From an uncultured delta proteobacterium (lineage in GTDB: Bacteria; Desulfobacterota; Binatia; UBA9968), in assembly GCA_963745835.1 (NCBI GenBank), contig CAVUZH010000014.1:566756-630755 (forward strand): DNA of 64,000 nucleotides, read 5' to 3'. Shown here in pieces: positions 1-10,861 of this stretch; the stretch's first letter is position 1, and every line of letters starts with the position of its first letter. The notes beneath the pieces are model-generated. The model ran no database searches and had not been told where the DNA came from. It saw nothing but the letters and a program-made list of their open reading frames with translations. Position numbers and translations under genes: made by a program.

Positions 1-1017
1 CGCCGCGCGCTTGAGCGCACTCATGTCAATCTTGAAGCGCTGTTCCGCCAGCAATCGCAATACAGCTCGGATTTCACCGATGTCAAAGGCCAGCAGCATG
101 TCAAACGCGCATTAGAAGTTGCCGCAGCCGGAGGCCACAACGTAATTATGGTCGGTCCACCCGGCTCGGGTAAGACCATGCTGGCAAACAAACTGCCGAC
201 AATCCTGCCAGACCTGACACTTGCCGAAGCGCTCGAAACCACCAAGATCCACAGCGTCATGGGCCTGCTCAACGGCTCGCCAATCATCGCGACCCGCCCG
301 TTTCGTTACCCGCACCATACCATCTCCGATGCCGGTTTGGTCGGCGGCGGGACAGTGCCTAAACCCGGCGAGGTATCGCTCGCACACAACGGCGTACTCT
401 TTCTTGACGAACTGCCGGAGTTCAAACGCAACGTCCTCGAGGTCATGCGTCAACCCCTCGAGGATGGCAGCATCACCGTCTCACGCGCCATCGGTTCGAT
501 CAATTATCCAGCCGGCTTCATGCTGGTCGCCGCCATGAATCCCTGCCCGTGTGGATTTTTCACCGATCCGCAAAAAGAATGCGTCTGCACGCCGTTACAG
601 ATTCAGCGCTACCGTTCCCGGATATCCGGGCCGTTACTAGACCGCATCGATATTCAAGTCGAAGTGCCGGCGCTGCGCTACCAGGATCTTGCCAGTAAGG
701 ATGCCGGGGAAAGTTCCGATTTGATTCGGCAAAGGGTCAATGCTGCGCGCGCCATTCAGTTGCAGCGCTTCCAGAAAAGAAACATTCACGGCAATGCGCA
801 AATGGGCGTCCGGGATATTAAGCGCCACTGCGTACTCAAAGAAGATGCCGAGAAGCTCCTGGAAAACGCAATCAACCGGCTGGGCCTCAGCGCCCGTGCC
901 TACAGCCGCGTGCTCAAAGTCGGCCGCACCATCGCGGATCTCGCGGGCTCGGAGGAAATCCAAGCGAGTCACATCGCCGAAGCGATTCAGTATCGGAGCT
1001 TGGATCGAAGAATGTAA
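1..1017 (+). CDS. comM: YifB/ComM family Mg-chelatase-like AAA+ ATPase (5' partial)
   Basis: Frame is open from base 1. Motifs [26 protein letters not shown] (Walker A), [23 protein letters not shown] and SGPLLDRID. Confidence 0.95.
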   Translation, partial: RRALERTHVNLEALFRQQSQYSSDFTDVKGQQHVKRALEVAAAGGHNVIMVGPPGSGKTMLANKLPTILPDLTLAEALETTKIHSVMGLLNGSPIIATRPFRYPHHTISDAGLVGGGTVPKPGEVSLAHNGVLFLDELPEFKRNVLEVMRQPLEDGSITVSRAIGSINYPAGFMLVAAMNPCPCGFFTDPQKECVCTPLQIQRYRSRISGPLLDRIDIQVEVPALRYQDLASKDAGESSDLIRQRVNAARAIQLQRFQKRNIHGNAQMGVRDIKRHCVLKEDAEKLLENAINRLGLSARAYSRVLKVGRTIADLAGSEEIQASHIAEAIQYRSLDRRM

Positions 1018-1390
1018 CGAGTACGGGCGATCATTTGGTTTGCAATAGCCGTTTACCTGGTCTGGCAGGGTTTTCTCCGAGTCAATCTCGACCTCTTGCA
1101 GATCTCATGAACTAGACGCGCGTCTCGTCAACCACACTTATATTGTTTTGCTATGCGCCTCTGTCACGCATTCCGGCGAACCGTCGCCTTCGCTGAAGCG
1201 CCAAAATCTACGCCATACGATCTTCAACTCGTCAGCTGCGCTTCAACACGAGAGTAGCAGGTCTTCCTTGATGTGACCTCCAAGCAGCGCACCGGCCCAT
1301 TTGTTCGAGTTCGGCAAGAAAAAAACCCCGCTAAGAATTACCTCCACTCCATACGGTCCCGGCACCGATTTAGAGGAGAATCTTGTGCGT

Positions 1391-1420
1391 TTGACACTTC
1401 ATTTTATCAGGCGTTAGAGT
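1391..1420 (+). promoter_or_regulatory. putative sigma70 promoter
   Basis: TTGACA-N18-TAGAGT about 60 nt upstream of the cupin gene. Motif match only. Confidence 0.4.
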
Positions 1421-1482
1421 ACCCAAACTCTGGCGCAAGCACTTCAGCAGAAGTAATTATTGGCTGAACAGGAGAAAATACG

Positions 1483-2538
1483 ATGAGCGACGGACATTCA
1501 TTGGTTGAAACTCCCGAGTTGGCGGCCTTACACCGCCGGCTAGCGGAATATTCGTTGGGAGGACACTGGCAACTCCGAGAAAAAAATCCGGAGCTTGTCG
1601 CTCATCTGTGGCCCTGGTCGGTGATTTATTCATGCCTCATGGAGGCCGGAGACGTTGTCAAACTAGGCGGCATTGATGACGCCGCAAAGCGGCGAACCGT
1701 TCAGTTGGTCAATCCATCATTGACCAACAAAAAAGCCACCACCCGGACTTTGCAGATGTCGATTCAGTTGGTCAAAGCCGGCGAACGCGCGGAGTGTCAT
1801 CGGCATACCGCTGCCGCGTTGCGATTCGTGGTTGAGGCAGACGGCACCGCTTACACCAATGTCGAAGGCGAACAGATGCTGATGGAGCCCGGCGACTTGG
1901 TGCTCACGCCCAATTGGACCTGGCACGATCACTTTAATCCAGGAGATAATAACGTTGTTTGGCTCGACGTGCTCGATATTCATTTAAGCAACCATCTTGA
2001 TGCGGTCTTTCAAGAGAACTATGGCGAAGGTCCAGCCCAGCCTATCGTCAAGTCAGATGGTTATTGTAAACAGAGGCTGGGCGCGATCCGGCCGCGGGTG
2101 AAAAACGCCAGCAACGCGGTACCGTACACGTATAAATGGCGCGATACATTGCGCGCGCTGCAAGACATCGCTGGAGCAGGCGGCAACGACCCGCACGACG
2201 GAGTTCTCCTTGAATACGTTCATCCCTTGACCGGCGGTCCGACGATGCCGACGATCGGCTGTTGGGTGCAGTGGCTCCGTCCGGGTGAAACCACCAAGCC
2301 GCACCGCCACACGAGCAGCACCATTTACCATGTGGTTGAGGGCGAAGGTATTACGACTGTGGGTCCGAAAAAGACCGCCGGAAAAGAATTAGGTTGGAGA
2401 TCAAGAGATTGCTTCTTTGTGCCGTCATGGAACTGGCATCAATTTCAAAACACGTCGAAAAAGGAACCTGCGATCATCTTCTCGGTCACGGACCGGCCCG
2501 TATTGGAGAGCTTAGGACTATTCCGGGAAGAAGCCTGA
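1483..2538 (+). CDS. bicupin dioxygenase, gentisate 1,2-dioxygenase-like
   Basis: Two cupin domains (CHRHT..LRF, TPNWTWHDH, HRHTSSTIYHV, VPSWNWH). AGGAG RBS. Confidence 0.88.
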   Translation: MSDGHSLVETPELAALHRRLAEYSLGGHWQLREKNPELVAHLWPWSVIYSCLMEAGDVVKLGGIDDAAKRRTVQLVNPSLTNKKATTRTLQMSIQLVKAGERAECHRHTAAALRFVVEADGTAYTNVEGEQMLMEPGDLVLTPNWTWHDHFNPGDNNVVWLDVLDIHLSNHLDAVFQENYGEGPAQPIVKSDGYCKQRLGAIRPRVKNASNAVPYTYKWRDTLRALQDIAGAGGNDPHDGVLLEYVHPLTGGPTMPTIGCWVQWLRPGETTKPHRHTSSTIYHVVEGEGITTVGPKKTAGKELGWRSRDCFFVPSWNWHQFQNTSKKEPAIIFSVTDRPVLESLGLFREEA

Positions 2539-2661
2539 TCAATGACTCGCTGCAGGTTAGTCGTATGTCAATTTTCCTAAAGCGCGGAACGCGGCGTCAG
2601 ACTTTCATAATCGATCGGCGCTGTCCGGCTGGCGCCGCCGAGAACAATTTCCGCGAAAAGC

Positions 2662-2904
2662 TCAACCTGCAGTTGCCGCAAAAATTGCGTGCTCGATGTC
2701 CTTTACCGCCGGCGGACAATGATCCCGGGCCATTTCGAGCAGTTCCGTTGCCTGCTGTAAATCGCATTCAAACGAATAGACAGTGACTCCGGCTAATTCA
2801 CTTCGCTGAGCGCGGGCGAGGACTTCGTGCAATGACGCGCTCTCCTTGAAATGGCGCATCAGCAACTCCCGCGATTCTTCGGTTAGTTCGATTTGTATCT
2901 GCAT
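2662..2904 (-). CDS. small hypothetical protein
   Basis: 80-aa ORF with protein-like composition that fills the intergenic space. Confidence 0.6.
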   Translation of the reverse strand: MQIQIELTEESRELLMRHFKESASLHEVLARAQRSELAGVTVYSFECDLQQATELLEMARDHCPPAVKDIEHAIFAATAG

Positions 2905-3052
2905 GGTGAGAGACTAACCAGAGACGGAGTAAAAGCAATATGGGCTGCGGATCATCGAATCTCGACGATAGAGTACCGCTGCAGGTACGGCAGAGATTTT
3001 CAGGCGGACCATCACCGATCACCAACGCTTCGGTGCAATCCTCGCGGGATGA

Positions 3053-4027
3053 TTATTTCTTCGCAATCGCTTGGGGATTGAGCACGTTTTGCGGCCTGCC
3101 TGCGGCGAACGCAAGAATATCATCGACCACCACAGCGTAGTATTCCTCGTACCCTTCCCTGGTGACGTAACCTAAATGAGGCGTGCAGGTGACATTATTC
3201 ATTTTGAGAAGCGGATGATCGGCGCCGATCACTGGCTCTTTTTCGTAGACGTCCACTGCGGCCATACCCGGACGGCCGGCTTTGAGCGCTTCGACTAACG
3301 CGCCGGGGGCAATTAGCCCCGCGCGGCTCGGGTTGACGATCAGCGCCGTCGGTTTCATCCGGTCGAGATCGTCGCGGGTGACAATCCCTTGGGTGTCTTT
3401 GTTGAGCGGCAGATGCAAGCTCAAAATATCCGAGCGGGTAAAAAAATCTTCGCGGCTCTCGGCCACTTCAAACCCGGCGGCCTTGGCGCGACCGGTGGAG
3501 CCCTCGCGGCCCCAACACACCACTCGGGCGCCGAATGCTTTGCCGGCAGCGGCAACGATACTGCCGATTTTGCCGTAAGCGTAAATACCCAGCGTCTTAC
3601 CATTGACTCCGATGCCCAATGTCGATTGCCAATGGCCCTCCTTGAGCCGTTTAACTTCGAACGGAAGGTTCCGCAGCGCGCTCAGGATGAGTCCCCAGGT
3701 CAGCTCTGCGGTTGCATTTGAGTTGCCGGTGCCGCCCGCCGAAACCACGATCCCTTTCTCGGTGCAGGCGTCGAGATCCACGTGAGTCGCGGCGCGTCCG
3801 GTCTGGCCGATCAGTTTCAAGTTTGGCAATCGTTCGATCAAGGCCCGCGGAAAACTCGATCGCTGCTGCGTGAGCACCACCGCATCGGCGTCTTTGAGTC
3901 TGTCGGCCAATTTGCCGATATCCGTTTCCGTATCAGTAAATACCACGACCTCATGGTCGCTGAGCTTCGGGTAAGACTTCAATGTCCGAAATGCGTTCTG
4001 GTAATCGTCAATCACTGCAATTTTCAT
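3053..4027 (-). CDS. D-2-hydroxyacid dehydrogenase family protein
   Basis: MKIAVIDDYQ N-terminus, LGIYAYGKIG Rossmann motif, LHLPL, AAVDVYEKEP and TPHLGY. Confidence 0.93.
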   Translation of the reverse strand: MKIAVIDDYQNAFRTLKSYPKLSDHEVVVFTDTETDIGKLADRLKDADAVVLTQQRSSFPRALIERLPNLKLIGQTGRAATHVDLDACTEKGIVVSAGGTGNSNATAELTWGLILSALRNLPFEVKRLKEGHWQSTLGIGVNGKTLGIYAYGKIGSIVAAAGKAFGARVVCWGREGSTGRAKAAGFEVAESREDFFTRSDILSLHLPLNKDTQGIVTRDDLDRMKPTALIVNPSRAGLIAPGALVEALKAGRPGMAAVDVYEKEPVIGADHPLLKMNNVTCTPHLGYVTREGYEEYYAVVVDDILAFAAGRPQNVLNPQAIAKK

Positions 4028-4076
4028 TGGTTGCTACCTTTCGTCTAATTTCGATAACCAGGTGAGATCTGACGGT

Positions 4077-4715
4077 TCACTTTTCTCCCCAGATAGCGGC
4101 GAGTTCGACCGCGGTGGTGATATCGAAAAAGCTCCCCTCCATCAGTTTCAGCGCCATCTCGTGCAACTCGCGACTTCTAGAGCCGACGCAGTCTTTCAGA
4201 ATCACCACGTCATAGCCGAGATTGCGCGCACTTCGCGCCGTGCCTTCGACACCGCCTTCTGTCGCCACGCCGCTGATCACAATCGTTTTGATGCCATTAC
4301 TCCTGAGCATGAGATCGAAATCCGTCCCGACAAAGGCGTCTGGCCGGCGCTTTTGAAAAACGATGTCCTGAGGGTCGGGTTTCAACTCCGCAATGATTTC
4401 CCGGTCGTGCGGATCGTCCTTCTGTTTCAAGAGTTGAGTCGGATCGTTAGCTTTCGCCCGTTTCATTCTGATGCGCACCCAAACTCCCGCTTCTTCTTTG
4501 GCCAAGTCAAAGCCGGTCTGCACTGAATAGAAAACCCGCACGCCAACCCGGCGAGCCAGGGCGGATAGGTCCTTCAGCTTCGGCATCATGTCCTGATAAT
4601 TGAAAGCATTGGGGCCGATGGCGTACTCCATGTCCCATATGAGCAAAGCTGTCTGCGATGGTTCGACAATTTCTGCCAACGTGCTGGGGATTTTCTTTCC
4701 GGCGATCTCATACAT
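4077..4715 (-). CDS. isochorismatase-family hydrolase
   Basis: ALLIWDME, KRRPDAF and GVATEGGVEGTAR motifs. Confidence 0.88.
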   Translation of the reverse strand: MYEIAGKKIPSTLAEIVEPSQTALLIWDMEYAIGPNAFNYQDMMPKLKDLSALARRVGVRVFYSVQTGFDLAKEEAGVWVRIRMKRAKANDPTQLLKQKDDPHDREIIAELKPDPQDIVFQKRRPDAFVGTDFDLMLRSNGIKTIVISGVATEGGVEGTARSARNLGYDVVILKDCVGSRSRELHEMALKLMEGSFFDITTAVELAAIWGEK

Positions 4716-4951
4716 ATCTCACCTCCATTATAGTTCGCTTCGAGCGGGCATCGGCGGTTAGACCAAAATCGAAAATTAGTCGAAAGCGAAGCTCGTCGTC
4801 AACAGGAGACAGCGCGTTCGAACAATCCCCGGAAAATCAGCGCTGCGCCCTATCTTCAAAACGACGAATTTTGCCGGCGTTCCTGTCCTGGCGGCATCAA
4901 AACATTTCCACGCGCTATCCAACAACTATTGTGGCTGATATGCCCCACAAT

Positions 4952-5677
4952 TCACCATAGGCCTGCTGGCATAGCCGGCCAAGTCGCGAGTAGCTTACCG
5001 TACCCAAGAATGTTGTAACTAAGTCCGAGCTTGGAAAGAATCATCCAAAGCATCGCCGGATTGCTCGCGACAATTGGCACGTTTAGCTCCGACTCTAACC
5101 GATCCAAAATTTTCAGAGGGTCTAACAACGCGCCTTGGAAATAAATCGCATCGACATTAGGATTTGACTCGAACACTCTACGCGTGAGGCTCGCAACGTC
5201 TTCGGAGGTCAGTTTCACCGCGTCCGTGTGCGCCTGCAATAGCTGCGGCGGGTAGACGGCTTCGATAGCGAAATTTGCAAGATAATCGCAATACAGCGCT
5301 TTTAACCGGTCATCGACCGGCGTCATCAGCAGGATCCGTTTAGCAGCAAATATCTTGAGCGCGGCACAGGCCGAGCGCAAGGCAGTGGCAACGGGAACTT
5401 GCAATGCCGCTGCAAGGCGGGCGGTCATGTCCGCATTAAGCACTTCTTTGGGCGCGCCGCTAATGATTAGCCCGTTCCACTCGTGTCGATCTATCAGCTC
5501 ACGCGATTGCTGCAGCAGACCGTCTAGTTTGTCCCTGGCATTCCAAAGCGACCCACCGGAACCTGCCTCCTGAACAAAAGTGAAATCGATATTCGCAGGA
5601 ATAAAGGCTTTGAAGCTATCGTGATGCGGGCTCGCGGGCGCACTCGAGCCGATAAAACCAATCTTGGCTTTGGTCAC
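4952..5677 (-). CDS. Asp/Glu racemase / maleate isomerase superfamily protein
   Basis: VPVATA, RILLMTP, DAIYFQGA and VPIVASNPAMLW pattern. Confidence 0.75.
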   Translation of the reverse strand: MTKAKIGFIGSSAPASPHHDSFKAFIPANIDFTFVQEAGSGGSLWNARDKLDGLLQQSRELIDRHEWNGLIISGAPKEVLNADMTARLAAALQVPVATALRSACAALKIFAAKRILLMTPVDDRLKALYCDYLANFAIEAVYPPQLLQAHTDAVKLTSEDVASLTRRVFESNPNVDAIYFQGALLDPLKILDRLESELNVPIVASNPAMLWMILSKLGLSYNILGYGKLLATWPAMPAGLW

Positions 5678-6768
5678 GAGCGTTTCTCACTCAGCGATGG
5701 CAGGATCTCCTTACCCCAAAGATCGATAACTTCCGCGATATCGGGTCCAGCCGGCACGCCGATGCATACCTGAAAAAAACCATGCTGCGCGGCGAAGGCA
5801 AAAAGCTCGGCAATACGTCCGAGACACTGCGCCGGTGTTCCGGCGATAATCAATCGCTCGACCGCCTCATCCGGGGTGATTGACGCGGCATAATCGATGC
5901 CGCGATTCTGCGCATAGGCCTGACGCACCGGTTCCATACTTTGGGGGTCGATGCCGATGCGTATCAGGGTATCGTCGGGCCAACCCGAAGCAATATGCGA
6001 GACAAAACGTTTGGCATGTTGCTTCGCCGCCTGTCCATCGCGGGATACGGAGGCATTAAGAAGCATGACTTTTCTCAACGGCTCTGCCAAAGCTGACTGC
6101 TTGCGCGCATCGGCAAGAGTGTTCAACGTTTCTTCCATAGCCGTAATGCCGTAGAGCGTTTGCAGAATCACGCCGTCGAAATTCCGGGCAATCAGATTCA
6201 ACACGCCTGGCTTAAGCAGGCTGGGACCGTAGTAGAGGCGAATCGGCGCACGGGCTTTGAAGCGCAACGTGTAGCTTTCAGCGTTCAGATGGAAATAGTC
6301 AGCCAGCGCCGGCATATCGCTGCGCCGGATCGCATCACCTTTGAAGAGCGTTCGTAGCACGGTCGCGAGCTCGACCATGATCGACATCGGTTTCACGCGC
6401 TCAACGTGATGGGTCAGAATAGATCTCGACCCAGGTCCTAGACCGAGAGAAATTTCTCGGCCGTTGGTTAACTCGGACATGGTCGCAAACGCCGCGGCGA
6501 AATCTATCGGATTACGGAAGTACGGTACCGCAATCGCTGTTCCCAGTTTTAGCGGCAACCGGGCTACCAATGCCGCCGAGCTCGCCAGAACGCTGCGATA
6601 TTCCAAATTGTCGTTGGTCCATACCTGAGTAAAGCCGTGCGGCCCGAGAGTCTCGCGCGATTGTTCCGCCAATGCGATAAGTTCGGGTAGAGAGTACCGG
6701 TTCAGAACGTGGAGCGGAAAATGGATACCAATCTCGCCCCTGAAAGTTTCAGGATTATTTGCCATCAT
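5674..6768 (-). CDS. LLM-class flavin/F420-dependent oxidoreductase
   Basis: LKLGTAIAVPYFRNP, GREISLGLGPG and AGTPAQC. Overlaps the next gene by 4 nt. Confidence 0.85.
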   Translation of the reverse strand: MMANNPETFRGEIGIHFPLHVLNRYSLPELIALAEQSRETLGPHGFTQVWTNDNLEYRSVLASSAALVARLPLKLGTAIAVPYFRNPIDFAAAFATMSELTNGREISLGLGPGSRSILTHHVERVKPMSIMVELATVLRTLFKGDAIRRSDMPALADYFHLNAESYTLRFKARAPIRLYYGPSLLKPGVLNLIARNFDGVILQTLYGITAMEETLNTLADARKQSALAEPLRKVMLLNASVSRDGQAAKQHAKRFVSHIASGWPDDTLIRIGIDPQSMEPVRQAYAQNRGIDYAASITPDEAVERLIIAGTPAQCLGRIAELFAFAAQHGFFQVCIGVPAGPDIAEVIDLWGKEILPSLSEKRS

Positions 6769-6873
6769 ACGCGAGGGCTATCACAGCAGATCAAAAACAG
6801 TCAATGAAGTTGTGGCAGCGCAGTTTTTGTTTATTGGCCAAATACTTCGAACAGCCATGCAACTCTAGTGAAG

Positions 6874-6957
6874 TGTCGCGAATCTGTGACACCAAGTAGT
6901 CCGTGCACGATATATTCTCAAGTAAGTCGACAGCTTAGCGGTGGAATATGCTTTGCA
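6874..6957 (+). promoter_or_regulatory. putative sigma54 promoter (6942-6957) with upstream TGTC-N10-GACA box (6874-6891)
   Basis: TGGAATATGCTTTGCA has GG-N10-GC spacing. Palindromic TGTCgcgaatctgtGACA lies upstream. Confidence 0.5.
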
Positions 6958-6987
6958 GTCCGAAAGTGGAGTGATCGATCATAGGAA

Positions 6988-7392
6988 ATGGAAGGGAGGT
7001 GCATCATGTGGATTATTCTTATCCTGCTTTGGGTACTTCCTGTTTCACTGGGATTGGTTATAGCTGCACGACTATTAAGTGGATTACCTGCTGTGAGCAG
7101 AGAAGAGTGGCGCGCGCTTTTCCGCGACAGAAGTGACTTCAAACTTTCTTTCCTGATGGGACTTTTGTTTACCATCTTTGCGGTGATGTTTTTTTTCGTC
7201 GGTGTTCTGCAAGGTGTCGTTTTGATCAATGTCGGGTCGTTGTGGTTCCTGCTGGTGCCACTTTTTACAGGACTGGCAGCACTGTTGCTCATCTTGCTGT
7301 GGCTACGCATCGGAGCTCGCGAAACTCGAATGCGCCCACCGGCCCGAGCAGGCGTACATCATCGGCGCGCGCGGGGTATGTTGTTCCGGTAA
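6988..7392 (+). CDS. hypothetical membrane protein
   Basis: About three hydrophobic segments. A GGGAGG RBS precedes the internal ATG at 7006, the likely start. Confidence 0.7.
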   Translation: MEGRCIMWIILILLWVLPVSLGLVIAARLLSGLPAVSREEWRALFRDRSDFKLSFLMGLLFTIFAVMFFFVGVLQGVVLINVGSLWFLLVPLFTGLAALLLILLWLRIGARETRMRPPARAGVHHRRARGMLFR

Positions 7393-7469
7393 GTTTGTTG
7401 GTTCGGGGTGAAATCTTCTCCGCTGTTCTTCTACCAAACTGATACGATCGGACTATCTGGTTTTCATCC

Positions 7470-7499
7470 AAAAAGGAGGCGGGGTCCACCCCGCCTCCT
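7470..7499 (-). terminator. rho-independent terminator
   Basis: AGGAGGCGGGG-tcca-CCCCGCCTCCT perfect hairpin with an A-tract (U-tract on minus) just downstream of the 7526-7966 gene. Confidence 0.8.
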
Positions 7500-7525
7500 C
7501 ATGGTCTCGACAGCATCTGTCAAAC

Positions 7526-7966
7526 TTATTTAACTCGGCTAGACGGCGACGTACTGCCCTCGGCGCCGAAACTGCTCTCTTTGCCGCTCTGTTCCATATG
7601 TTGCCGTTCTGATCTTGCTGAAGGCATGATTTCTACGCCCAGCCGCTTTGCCGTTTGCTCGTCCACCGTGCCGGTCGCTGGCAGGTTGTTGTCCCGCTGA
7701 AACTTCGAAATAGCTGATTGCGTTTGCGTGTCAATCACGCCGTCGACGCTGCCCGGCTCAAATCCTTTGTCCTGCAATGCCTGCTCGATGTCCTTCTTTT
7801 TTTCTTTTTCTAAGTTGCTCATCTGTGTTCCCGAGTCATGCATTCTCTGCTGCCCAGCTTGGTTCTTATCATACGAATGAGCGCCGCCGCCAGCCGATAC
7901 CGGATTCGCAAGCAGCGCAACTCCTCCTCCCAAAACCGCGGCTCTCAGTAGTGATGTGGTTTTCAT
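7526..7966 (-). CDS. secreted peptidoglycan-binding domain protein
   Basis: Signal peptide MKTTSLLRAAVLGG and PG_binding_1 motif (GSVDGVIDTQTQSAISKFQRDNNLPATG). GGAGG RBS. Confidence 0.88.
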   Translation of the reverse strand: MKTTSLLRAAVLGGGVALLANPVSAGGGAHSYDKNQAGQQRMHDSGTQMSNLEKEKKKDIEQALQDKGFEPGSVDGVIDTQTQSAISKFQRDNNLPATGTVDEQTAKRLGVEIMPSARSERQHMEQSGKESSFGAEGSTSPSSRVK

Positions 7967-8017
7967 ATTTCCCTCCTGTGAATTTGTTTTAGGAGCAACG
8001 CTCCTGATCGTGCAAAA

Positions 8018-8034
8018 CGCAAGGTCAATGCCAG
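8018..8034 (-). promoter_or_regulatory. putative sigma54 promoter
   Basis: Minus strand reads CTGGCATTGACCTTGCG, close to the TGGCAC-N5-TTGC consensus. TGTC-N10-GACA boxes lie at 8137-8154 and 8233-8250. Confidence 0.6.
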
Positions 8035-8310
8035 ACAACCTTCAATTTGCAACGACCAGCATTCATGGGAAATTCAACCTGAAATTTCGGCGCGTCACAT
8101 ATGCGCAACCGGTCCGGCAGAAACTGCTCGAGTGACTGTCATAACTGTGTGACAAGAAACCACCCCCATAACGCTTTGAGATCAACCGCTTGTGGCGGGA
8201 TCGCGAACACACAGGGGTATATCGAATTTTTCTGTCCCCATGGGGAGACAGTAAGAACATCATCAGTGAAGCACCTGCGCTCGGGACAACTGTTTAGAAG
8301 AGCAATGCCG

Positions 8311-8724
8311 TCACAATCGTCCCAGGTCCTGGGCGAGTTCAATCAGATGCCCGTCCGGGTCGCGCAGATAGGCGGTTCGTTGGCCCCAAATTCTGTCTGT
8401 CGGAGGCATCACCGGTTGAGCGCCGCGAGCAATCAACTCGGTAAACGCTGCATCCACATCCGATACTTTAAAGCCGACCTCGAATCCAGGAGCATTGGAC
8501 ACAGGCGGGTCTAACGCCATGCCCAAGGTTTTTGCCATGGCGCTGCGGGTATACAGAGCGAGACGGGTTGTGCCTGTGTCAAGCTGCGCGTAATCGCCGG
8601 AGCGATGTCCGAGCCGAAGTCCCAAGACATCAACGTAGAAGCCAAGAGCGCGATCCAGATCCTCGACGATTAAAATCAGATAGTCCGGAGCGCTCAGGTT
8701 TAATTGTTTAGCCGGCATTTTCAC
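8311..8724 (-). CDS. VOC/glyoxalase family protein
   Basis: VEDLDRALGFYVDVLG and WGQRTAYLRDPDGHLIEL. Confidence 0.92.
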   Translation of the reverse strand: MKMPAKQLNLSAPDYLILIVEDLDRALGFYVDVLGLRLGHRSGDYAQLDTGTTRLALYTRSAMAKTLGMALDPPVSNAPGFEVGFKVSDVDAAFTELIARGAQPVMPPTDRIWGQRTAYLRDPDGHLIELAQDLGRL

Positions 8725-8760
8725 TCGCTCCTGCGATGCTGATGAATGTTATAGCAGGCA

Positions 8761-8901
8761 TCATGTCTTAAGGCACTGCAACACTTCTTCACGCAGCTTC
8801 AACAGTAATGCCTCCACTTCTCTCGGGCTCCAGTCTCGGTCGCGCTTTTCAACCAGCGCGACATATCTGTCGAGAATCGGCTCAATCAGTAGAGCACTCA
8901 T
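8761..8901 (-). CDS. small hypothetical protein
   Basis: 46-aa ORF (MSALLIEPILDRY...) preceded by AGGAGG. Confidence 0.55.
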   Translation of the reverse strand: MSALLIEPILDRYVALVEKRDRDWSPREVEALLLKLREEVLQCLKT

Positions 8902-9627
8902 AATGGCGCCACCTCCTTGGTCATTGTCGCTTGTTCGCAAAGTGGTCCAATGCAATCGCAGCCACATTCCAGCACCAACACTGATGCTTTGTCATAGCAA
9001 CCGCAAAACAATATGTCGGAGCCGTCGCAGCTTGATGAACAAGTTAAATCAATTTGATGTTGACATAAAACTCGATGCCGTCTTATATCAAATTCTCCAG
9101 AGCCAGGAGTAAACCGTATGACCAGCGAAGAAGTCGAGCGTCTCCATCAGCAATCGTTAATCGTCGCTTCGACGGCCTTAAGCCCCTTACAAAGCTGAAG
9201 GAGATTTTCACGTTCAATAGGGATTTGCTTCGTATGTTTGCATGTAACGTTGCAGCAAATTGTGCAACCGCAAAAGCCTACCGCTACAGAAACAAAGCGT
9301 CACCGGACCGCCGAGAGCCCGAGGCGCCAGAAGTGCGCTCGAAAATCGAAATATCTCGTGCACAAAGACGCAAAGGCACGAAGGTCAGAAGACCAGATTT
9401 CGAACTTGACGACTGGCGCGGGAAATCTTTGCCTCTAGGATCTCGATCGTTGGGTTTGCGCATGCTGCGAAGACTTTCGACAATCGGAGTACCAAGAGCG
9501 CGCAATTCCGGAGTTAGAAATTTCCATCCGCCTTCCTGGTTTCGCGTCCTTCGTGGTGAAATACTGTTCGGGCTGGAAGCAAACCGCTTACGAGTAATCA
9601 TTTCCTCTGATACGGTGCCATTACGGC

Positions 9628-10687
9628 ATGGAGAGCATTGAAGTATTAGTCATCCCGCAGGTCTCCGATCAGGTACTCGAGCGCATCGCCAAGCTGGATC
9701 CCCGGATCAAAGTCGTCGATGTCCGGGGATGGTTTGACGTAGAGCTTCGCGCCAGCTGGCCGCAGTGGACCATCGATCGTTATCTTGGCAATCGAGACTA
9801 TCCTGCGAGCACCCTCGAACAGCGCAACCGCGCCTTGGCCTCGGCGCAGATCGTCCTTCTGGGCTGGCCGCCATTGAAAGATTTATTTAGCCGCGCGCCC
9901 CGCCTGAAGTGGGTCCATGAACTCCCAGCCGGCGCGAGCAATCTCGTCGGCACCGATTTATGGGGAAGCGATATTATCGTCACCACCTCACGCGGGCTCA
10001 CCAACAAGCGCCCGATGGCCGAGTATGTCCTGGCCGCTTTCCTCCACTTCTCTCGCGGGCTTCATTGGAGCTACAGGGATCACCGACGCCATCGGTTCGA
10101 GCATCGAACTTACAATCCCATCATGCTCCGGGACAAGACCGCATGCGTTGTCGGCGCGGGCGGCATCGGCCGGGAAGTGGCAAAGCTCTGCGCAGCGGCT
10201 GGGATGCGCGTCGTCGGCACGCGCCGCCTTGCCGATCCGGAGGCGAAGCCGCCACCAGGGTTTGCGCGCTTGGAATCCGCCGGCGCTCTGCACAATCTCC
10301 TGCGCGAGAGCGAATTTGTCGCCATCTGTTGTCCTTGGACGAAAGCAACCACGCACCTGATCGACGGAGCGGCGTTTGCGGCGATGAAATCCGGGACGGT
10401 TTTAGTCAACATCTCCCGCGGCGAAATAATCGATGAAGATGCTTTGATGCGATGCATTGGCCGAACGCAAGCTTCGCGGCGTCGCTCTCGACGTTTACGA
10501 CGGCGAATTCGAGCGCCCGCCTGATGCGCGCTTGTGGGACGATGAGCGCGTCGTCATCACGCCCCACGTTTCTGCGGCAACCGACGTATCGGAACACGGC
10601 GGCGTGAACTTGTTTTGCGAAAACCTGATCCGCTTTCTCGAAGGCCAGCCGTTGGAGAATGTCATCGATTGGCAGCGCGGATATTGA
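9628..10687 (+). CDS. D-2-hydroxyacid dehydrogenase (frameshift near 10450)
   Basis: VVGAGGIG and VNISRGEIIDE in ORF 9628-10524 continue as GVALDVY..TPHVS in ORF 10457-10687. Confidence 0.88.
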
Positions 10688-10861
10688 GAGAAGCAACGCG
10701 CAATTAAATCGCCGAGGCTAACTGCTAAAGCTAAGAACTCTTTCAAACGTGGCAGTCAGGGCCACTGTCACGGATCACTGTGCGGCTGTCTTACCATGAC
10801 AATGACTCTGACTCTGCCAAGAGATGCACGATGCAGGCTTCGTCTCAGCTGATTTTGCCGA

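Noticed and set aside
4255-4275. Isochorismatase with Gly in place of the catalytic Cys
   Set aside because: Gly at this position is known in YecD-like members of the family, so it is not unusual.
9075-9641. 188-aa ORF
   Set aside because: It runs through REP-like repeat fragments and has low-complexity Arg/Ser-rich composition, so it is probably spurious.
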